Of a stretch of DNA of 32,000 bases, positions 26,800 to 32,000 are shown in pieces (positions within the stretch are counted from its first letter, which is position 1; every line of letters starts with the position of its first letter). The position numbers and the translations under genes were made by a program. A model generated the notes under the pieces. It was given only the letters and a program-made list of their open reading frames with translations, did not search any database and was not told where the DNA came from. The stretch comes from Crocosphaera subtropica ATCC 51142. GTDB lineage: Bacteria; Cyanobacteriota; Cyanobacteriia; Cyanobacteriales; Microcystaceae. The DNA is taken from positions 3,960,001-3,992,000 of the forward strand of contig NC_010546.1 in assembly GCF_000017845.1 (NCBI RefSeq), read 5' to 3'.

Positions 26800-28215
26800 A
26801 TGAGCAATTTTGAAGAAAAACTTGACAATTCTTCGTTAACCCTTGAGATGTGGTTACTATGGATATTAGCTGCAGGTTTGATCGCTCTAGATGGGTTTGA
26901 CTTCTTTGTCATCGGTATTGCCCTACCCTTTCTCAAACAAGATTTTCACTTAACCTCTGTGGAAACTGGCGCAGTTGCCGTGGCTGCGATCGCAGGGGCG
27001 TTATTAGGATCTTTAACCCTAGGGCCCATTACAGACCAAATTGGTCGTCAAAAAATGCTGGTGGTGGATCTAGCTATTTTTATTCTAGCTAGTGCTGGAA
27101 CCGCTTTGGCTTGGAATGCTTGGTCTTTAATTATCTTCCGTTTTCTCGTTGGGGTGGGTATTGGGGCTGATTATCCCATCAGTGTGGCTTATATAACAGA
27201 AAATGTGCCTTCTCGTCTGCGAGGACGCATGGTGATTGGTGCGTTTACCTTTCAAGCCATTGGTTCCTTTTTAGGGGCAATGACTGGCATTATAATCATT
27301 ACGATCTTTGAATACCTTTACCCAGATTCTATTTTACCTGCGGTACAGTATGCTTGGCGTTGGATGTTAGGGGTTGGTCTAGGATTTGCCATACTCGTTG
27401 CCATTCTACGGTTTCAATTTTTACTCGAAAGTCCTCGTTATTACATTGCCAAAGGAGACTACAAAGCAGCATCGGAGGCAGCCTCACAACTGTTAAATGA
27501 AACGGTGATAATCACAGCAGAAACAGAACCACAGCTAGAAGAGAGTGATTTAAACTATAGCTCGTTATTTTCAGCAAAATATTGGCGCAATACTCTTTTT
27601 GCCTCGGTTCCCTGGTTTTTACAAGATATCGCTACCTATGGGATTGGGGTGTTTACCCCTAGTATTATCGCCTTTTTAGCCTTTGCCAATGAAACTAATT
27701 TTTTAAACCGTGAACTAGAGTCTGCAACCAGTTCGGCAGTGGTTGATTTATTTTTAATCCTTGGTTTTATTTTAGCGGTTCTCTTAGTTGATCGTTTAGG
27801 ACGAATTCCCTTACAAATAATCGGATTTATGGGGATGGCCGTCGGTTTATCTATCCTAGCTGTGGCAGGTGATCCGACTCAAACCACTGATCCTAATCTG
27901 CTGTTAATCTTCTCAGGATTTGTTATTTTTAATCTGCTGATGAATATGGGGCCCAATTCAACCACATTCTTGATCTCGGGTGAAGTGTTTCCCACCTCCC
28001 TGCGTGCTAGTGGTGCCGGGTTAGCAGCAGCGATCGCCAAATCAGGAGCGGTATTAGGGACTTTTACCTTACCCTTACTCAGACAAAGTATCGGTGTGTC
28101 AATGCTGATGATAATGTTAGCGTTGTGTTGTCTTTTAGCGGCCGTGATCACTTATTTCTTCGGTATTGAAACCAAAGGACTCTCATTAGAATCTGTCAAT
28201 GAACCCCATGTCTGA
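26800..28215 (+). CDS. MFS transporter (sugar-porter / PHS-like signature)
   Basis: 471 aa with twelve predicted TM segments, motif A-like GPITDQIGRQKM, and FRFLVGVGIGADYPIS...PSRLRGR, which resembles the G-I-G-G-D-Y-P-L-S block of Pho84-type anion:H+ symporters. The central loop is about 60 aa. Confidence 0.85.
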   Translation: MSNFEEKLDNSSLTLEMWLLWILAAGLIALDGFDFFVIGIALPFLKQDFHLTSVETGAVAVAAIAGALLGSLTLGPITDQIGRQKMLVVDLAIFILASAGTALAWNAWSLIIFRFLVGVGIGADYPISVAYITENVPSRLRGRMVIGAFTFQAIGSFLGAMTGIIIITIFEYLYPDSILPAVQYAWRWMLGVGLGFAILVAILRFQFLLESPRYYIAKGDYKAASEAASQLLNETVIITAETEPQLEESDLNYSSLFSAKYWRNTLFASVPWFLQDIATYGIGVFTPSIIAFLAFANETNFLNRELESATSSAVVDLFLILGFILAVLLVDRLGRIPLQIIGFMGMAVGLSILAVAGDPTQTTDPNLLLIFSGFVIFNLLMNMGPNSTTFLISGEVFPTSLRASGAGLAAAIAKSGAVLGTFTLPLLRQSIGVSMLMIMLALCCLLAAVITYFFGIETKGLSLESVNEPHV

Positions 28216-29569
28216 ACCAGAAACCAAGATCCCCAATAATAATGAGCTTGCCATGCAGCGTACTGATCTGGCGCAAATGCGGACAGATTTAGCAGCAGAA
28301 AGAAACCTTTTGGCCGAAACTCGCACAGAGTTGGCAAGGGAACGTACTCGGGCCGCACAAGAGAGAACCTTAATGGCCTGGATACGGACATCCTTATCCA
28401 TGATTAGTTTTGGTTTTGGAATTGACCGTTTTTTTAGCTATTTGAACAAAACCAGCCCCAAAACTGGGATTAATACCCTAACAGAAGAACGGGTTTTAGG
28501 CTTAAGTCTCATGAGTTTGGGCATCTTTGCCTTAGCTGCTTCTTTAGTGACCCATTGGCGTACTCTTAAAAATATTGACGATAAAGAATACAAGTATATC
28601 CCTCGATGGTCCCAAGGATTTACCGTTGGGATTATTCTGCTATTTATTGCTCTAGCAGCTTTTATTCCTTTATTAACAGTTGATTTTAATTTATCAGAAA
28701 TTTTCACCCTAGATAGCCAAGTTATTCAAAATTTGCTTGCTTTAAATATATTTCTGATTATGTTGACAATGGGGGTTAAAATCCCATTAGCTGATTTAGT
28801 TTCCCTAAAAAACCATCCCCGATTTTTAGGTAAATCGCTACTGTCTGTATTAGTTATTTTTCCACTGATTGTGGTTTTGGTTTTATCATTCTTTAATCCA
28901 GGAAAAAATATTGCTATTGCCTTCATTCTTCTCGCAGCTTCCCCGGCACCACCTCTATTAACCAAAAGAACAATGATGTCAGGAGGAAATGTTACTTTTG
29001 CAGCTAGTTTACAGGTCATTTTATCTTTATTAGCTGTGATTGTTACTCCTTTGGTAGTATGTTTGTTTTCATTGATTTTCCCTGAAAATCGTGAAAGTAT
29101 TAATTTTATTTTAGTGGCGAAACAAGTAGCAACTGTTCAATTACTCCCGTTAAGTCTTGGTTTAGTGATTCGCAAGCTTTCGGCTGATTTAGGAGAAGAA
29201 ATTGGAGATTTATTACTAAATGTAGCGAATACTTTGTTTTTAGTGGTGCTTATTTTTTCCCTTGGTATTAGTCTAAATCTGGTTCCCTCGGTGGGTTGGA
29301 AAACGATTATTAGTATTGCTTTAATCGTAACATTGGGTCTAATTATTGGTCATTTATTGGGTAGGGTTGATGATAACTACTTAAATAGTCGATCTACTCT
29401 AGCAACAGCGACGATTGCTCGTAATGTTGGATTGGCTTTATATATTGCTATTGTTAATAGTGCAACTAATGCGATTCCTGGTATTGTTGCCTATGCGGTT
29501 TTAGGAGCTATTTTTGCTTTACCTTATAATATTTGGGTAAAAAATAAGATAAAACTAGGCACTAATTAG
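28199..29569 (+). CDS. Fusion protein: N-terminal DUF202 (YidH-type, 3 TM) + C-terminal bile-acid:Na+ symporter (BASS/SLC10, SBF-like) domain
   Basis: Residues ~45-175 match the neighbouring DUF202 proteins (ELARERTRAAQERTLMAWIRTSLSMISFGFGIDRF plus 3 TM). Residues ~180-456 are a polytopic carrier with SBF-like features (LIMLTMGVKIPLADL..., AFILLAASPAPPLLTKRTMMSGGNVTFAASL). Its ATG overlaps the MFS stop by 17 nt. Confidence 0.75.
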   Translation: MNPMSEPETKIPNNNELAMQRTDLAQMRTDLAAERNLLAETRTELARERTRAAQERTLMAWIRTSLSMISFGFGIDRFFSYLNKTSPKTGINTLTEERVLGLSLMSLGIFALAASLVTHWRTLKNIDDKEYKYIPRWSQGFTVGIILLFIALAAFIPLLTVDFNLSEIFTLDSQVIQNLLALNIFLIMLTMGVKIPLADLVSLKNHPRFLGKSLLSVLVIFPLIVVLVLSFFNPGKNIAIAFILLAASPAPPLLTKRTMMSGGNVTFAASLQVILSLLAVIVTPLVVCLFSLIFPENRESINFILVAKQVATVQLLPLSLGLVIRKLSADLGEEIGDLLLNVANTLFLVVLIFSLGISLNLVPSVGWKTIISIALIVTLGLIIGHLLGRVDDNYLNSRSTLATATIARNVGLALYIAIVNSATNAIPGIVAYAVLGAIFALPYNIWVKNKIKLGTN

Positions 29570-29586
29570 GTTAACATGAATAACCG

Positions 29587-29985
29587 ATGATTAATAATCC
29601 TCCAAATTGGCAAACAGAACTCGCTAAACAACGTAATCGCATTGCAGCCGATCGCACTCTTTTAGCTTGGGTTCGTACCAGTATGGCTTTAATTGGTATT
29701 GGTTTTGGATTAGAACGCACTGTGAGTAAACTTTATGTAGGGGTAGAAACGACCTCAAATGCCCCCATGTTTCTCGTTAAACTTTTTAGTTTATTGATTA
29801 TTGGGACAGGGACTTTTGCTATAGTTATGGCAGCCTTTGATTATCAAAAAGAAATGAAACGGTTACAACAACCCAACTATTATTATATGCCTCGTCAATC
29901 TTTGGGTATCATTGTATCCGGACTATTAGTGTTAATTGCTATTAGTATTTTCCTAACCATTTGGAGACAAGCTATTATTAATTAA
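29587..29985 (+). CDS. DUF202 (YidH-type) small membrane protein, array copy 2
   Basis: 132 aa with ELAKQRNRIAADRTLLAWVRTSMALIGIGFG plus 3 TM. It starts 17 nt after the fusion gene. Confidence 0.8.
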   Translation: MINNPPNWQTELAKQRNRIAADRTLLAWVRTSMALIGIGFGLERTVSKLYVGVETTSNAPMFLVKLFSLLIIGTGTFAIVMAAFDYQKEMKRLQQPNYYYMPRQSLGIIVSGLLVLIAISIFLTIWRQAIIN

Positions 29986-29999
29986 GTGATTTAACAATT

Positions 30000-30398
30000 A
30001 TGACACCTGATAAAATAACCGGAGCAACTAACGAATTAGCAAAAGAACGAAATCGTGCAGCAGCAGAACGAACCATGACTGCATGGATACAAAATTGTTT
30101 AACATTAGTTGGATTTGGATTTGCTATTGACCAAATTTTTCAAGCATTACAACAAAAGTTTCCTCATAAAAATCCCTCAATCACTATAGAATCAGCCCAT
30201 TCTATCAGTTTAATTTTAATTGCTATAGGAATTGGTTTATTGATTATTGCGATGGTTCAACATTACTTTGAGGTACAATCAATTAAACGAGATGACTATT
30301 TTTTTTATCCTAGTCACTATCTAAATATTATTGTTGTTTTCGCAATTATTGCCTTTGGTTTTGTCTCTCTATTCATTATATTTCTAGGAATTAATTAA
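30000..30398 (+). CDS. DUF202 (YidH-type) small membrane protein, array copy 3 (divergent signature)
   Basis: 132 aa with ELAKERNRAAAERTMTAWIQNCLTLVGFGFAIDQIF plus 3 TM. The conserved W-I-R-T is replaced by W-I-Q-N. It starts 14 nt after copy 2. Confidence 0.8.
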   Translation: MTPDKITGATNELAKERNRAAAERTMTAWIQNCLTLVGFGFAIDQIFQALQQKFPHKNPSITIESAHSISLILIAIGIGLLIIAMVQHYFEVQSIKRDDYFFYPSHYLNIIVVFAIIAFGFVSLFIIFLGIN

Positions 30399-30437
30399 AT
30401 TTAAACTATCAAATACAAAGATTAATTATAAAGTAAA

Positions 30438-30827
30438 ATGACAAATCCTAATCCTGGTACAGAACTAGCAAAAGAACGAAATCGCGCAGCACAAGAAAGG
30501 ACTTTAATGGCGTGGATTCGGACTTCTTTAACCTTAATTAGTTTTGGTTTTGGTATAGAAAGAATTGTTTCTATTCTTAATCAAAGTGTAGGAGAAATTG
30601 CAAATCCGATTCGTTTATCTCGAATTTTAGGGGTTTCGTTTATTGCTTTAGGCACTTTTTCTTTATTAGCTGCAGCAGTCGATTATCGTCGTCAACTTCA
30701 AAGAATTCAACGCAATGATTTACTTTATCAGTCCAGAAAATCTCCCACACTTATCGTTGCTTATATTCTTGCTTTGTTAGGAATTATTGCTTTTTTGGGG
30801 ATTATCATTGGTCCGTTGATTACTTAA
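30438..30827 (+). CDS. DUF202 (YidH-type) small membrane protein, array copy 4
   Basis: 129 aa with ELAKERNRAAQERTLMAWIRTSLTLISFGFGIERI plus 3 TM. This region is nearly identical to the DUF202 part of the fusion gene, including a 17-nt identical DNA run ATTAGTTTTGGTTTTGG (28403-28419 and 30537-30553). Confidence 0.8.
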   Translation: MTNPNPGTELAKERNRAAQERTLMAWIRTSLTLISFGFGIERIVSILNQSVGEIANPIRLSRILGVSFIALGTFSLLAAAVDYRRQLQRIQRNDLLYQSRKSPTLIVAYILALLGIIAFLGIIIGPLIT

Positions 30828-30833
30828 ATATAA

Positions 30834-31016
30834 GCTATATCGCTACTATTAACAGGTGGTCCAGGAAGTGGAAAATCATCTCTTTATGGGGCGAATCTTC
30901 ACGAGGCTGAAAACATAACACCAGAACAAATTCAAGAAGCAAGGGATTGGAAAATTGTATTTTACGATCCAGAATTTAGAGAAGCGTTAGGATTAGCATT
31001 AGAAGACACTGAATAA
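30834..31016 (+). pseudogene. Start-less chimeric remnant: P-loop NTPase Walker A joined directly to a pentapeptide-repeat protein C-terminus
   Basis: The frame reads AISLLLTGGPGSGKSSLYGANLHEAENITPEQIQEARDWKIVFYDPEFREALGLALEDTE*. GGPGSGKS is a Walker A. ANL..A.NITPEQI..A.DW..., ending in YD.EF...LGL, is the usual tail of cyanobacterial pentapeptide-repeat proteins. There is no ATG/GTG/TTG start after the upstream TAA. Confidence 0.4.
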
Positions 31017-31057
31017 TGAATCATGTCATTGCCAGGGAAATGATTCAGTAATAACTT

Positions 31058-31113
31058 CATTTATCATCCTTATCCCCCCGAAGCAATCTCTGGGTGTAGT
31101 TAAAGATTGCTTC
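31058..31113. terminator. Two stem-loops between the convergent DUF202 array and the sulfatase gene (candidate bidirectional termination zone)
   Basis: 31058-31074: GC-rich 7-bp stem GGTGGGC/GCCCACC with a 3-nt loop. 31080-31113: perfect 10-bp stem GAAGCAATCT/AGATTGCTTC with a 14-nt loop. U-tracts are weak on both strands. Confidence 0.35.
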
Positions 31114-31183
31114 AGAGGCAAACATAAAGACTCAAACCATTCTGCAATAAAGAGTAGGGTGGGCAATGCCCACCTGACAATTT

Positions 31184-32000
31184 TTAACTATCAAGATTGA
31201 TAGTAACTTGATCTAAATTCCCAGTAAAATCAAAGGGCGTTTCATACGCTTCTGTAACAGGGGTTCCGGTATCAAAGCCAACATCAAAGGTTTCATCGAT
31301 AGAAAGACGGTTAGGCAAAGTTTTCTCCACTCTTCCACTGCCAATTTTACGATTATTGGCGTAAAGAGTAACATTTCCCCCGGCAAAGGGTTCGTCTGCA
31401 TCGGTTTTGTAAACGGCTTTAAGTTTAACCTTTCCAGTGGGAATAGATTCAGTAGAAACAACGTCGTAATGAGCCGTATCAGCCAAGTTATAACTATAAA
31501 CCAGCTTACCGTCTTTAATATACAGCCCATAACCTCCAAAACGACCGCCATGAGTCATTAATACCCCTTCTGTACCATTATCAGGAATGATTACATCGGC
31601 TGTAATGGTATGATTTTTATGTTTCACATCGGGGGCAGAACCTTCGGTAATGCGTAAATGATCAGGATAACTAAAGGTCGTTCTTCCTTCAGTTAAACTA
31701 GGGCGTAAATCGACCCGAAAACGCTCCGTTTTGCGCGCATCTAACGGCAATACATCATATTTAGCTGCTTGTGCATAGAATAAGTCTTTCATCTCTTGCA
31801 ACTTATCCGGCATATCTGCAGCAAGATCCACTGCTTGGGTAAAATCTTCATCAATATGGTACAGTTCCCAATCAAGATGGAGTAAATCTTTATTGGAAGG
31901 AGTCGGGTCCCAAGGAATACTATTCAACGCACTAGCCATCCAACCATCATGATAAATGCCTTGATTACCTAACATTTCAAAGTATTGGGTATTGTGACGG
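31184..32000 (-). CDS. Arylsulfatase, C-terminal ~270 aa (5' part lies right of the window)
   Basis: The minus-strand frame stays open to base 32000 (...RHNTQYFEMLGNQGIYHDGWMA...). The C-terminal domain GGYGLYIKDGKLVYSYNL...FDVGFDTGTPV...PFDFTGNLDQVTINL matches the tail of large (~780 aa) AtsA-type arylsulfatases. Confidence 0.85.
   Translation of the reverse strand, partial: RHNTQYFEMLGNQGIYHDGWMASALNSIPWDPTPSNKDLLHLDWELYHIDEDFTQAVDLAADMPDKLQEMKDLFYAQAAKYDVLPLDARKTERFRVDLRPSLTEGRTTFSYPDHLRITEGSAPDVKHKNHTITADVIIPDNGTEGVLMTHGGRFGGYGLYIKDGKLVYSYNLADTAHYDVVSTESIPTGKVKLKAVYKTDADEPFAGGNVTLYANNRKIGSGRVEKTLPNRLSIDETFDVGFDTGTPVTEAYETPFDFTGNLDQVTINLDS

Noticed and set aside
26730-29019. Short ORFs 26730..26936(-), 27879..28151(-), 28152..28391(-), 28186..28401(-), 28438..28707(-) and 28726..29019(-)
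   Set aside because: They are antisense to the MFS and DUF202::BASS genes. The two around 28.2-28.4 kb are open only because the sense strand encodes the stop-poor heptad repeat.
31213-31551. ORF 31213..31551(-), 112 aa
   Set aside because: It is an alternative frame inside the arylsulfatase C-terminal domain, which has a much better family match.
1-32000. Search for CRISPR arrays, tRNA/rRNA genes, IS elements or transposases, integrases and recognisable defence or toxin-antitoxin modules
   Set aside because: I saw no spaced direct-repeat array, no cloverleaf-like or rRNA-like segments in the intergenic regions, and no transposase or integrase-like translation. The only mobile or variable-region traces are the two gene fossils reported above.

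Overview
This is a cyanobacterial chromosomal segment, AT-rich and of the unicellular Cyanothece/Crocosphaera/Synechocystis type. Support for that placement: about 20 exact HIP1 octamers (GCGATCGC), a split rpoC1 (gamma subunit) gene and a flv4-sll0218-flv2 operon.

Gene order, left to right:
- the 3' two-thirds of ppc, then an AI-2E transporter;
- a minus-strand run sbpA - NIL-domain gene - cysT - cysW - cysA (sulfate ABC importer), continued on the same strand by a cytochrome P450 and a UPF0182 membrane protein;
- a lone DUF202 (YidH-type) gene divergent from sbpA, then a Crp/Fnr-like regulator;
- flv4 - PsiE-like (sll0218-type) - flv2, then an HI0933-type flavoprotein;
- a stand-alone rpoC1 with its own intrinsic terminator;
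- an 838-bp gene-free spacer holding a non-coding unit bounded by a promoter and a terminator, plus a decayed Uma2-endonuclease fragment;
- an 8.2-kb tightly packed same-strand block: RND pump - Cys-rich unknown protein - MFS carrier - DUF202::BASS fusion - three more DUF202 genes. This block converges on an arylsulfatase gene truncated by the window edge.

No tRNA, rRNA, CRISPR array or transposase was seen.

The most unusual content is the DUF202 expansion. There are five copies in the window, four of them in tandem and one fused to an SLC10/BASS carrier. The DUF202 N-terminal signature is built from a heptad unit present in 2, 3 or 7 copies. The copies sit next to sulfate-uptake, sulfatase and transporter genes. 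I propose this block as a candidate uncharacterised membrane (anion channel/uptake) system.

Secondary signals:
- a ~60-nt regulatory module duplicated in front of the DUF202/sbpA region and the Crp-like gene;
- a 14-nt motif repeated after both flv genes;
- an orphan sRNA/leader candidate;
- a sharp drop in HIP1 density in the right-hand 14 kb.

All family assignments come from reading the translations by eye. No database search was run.
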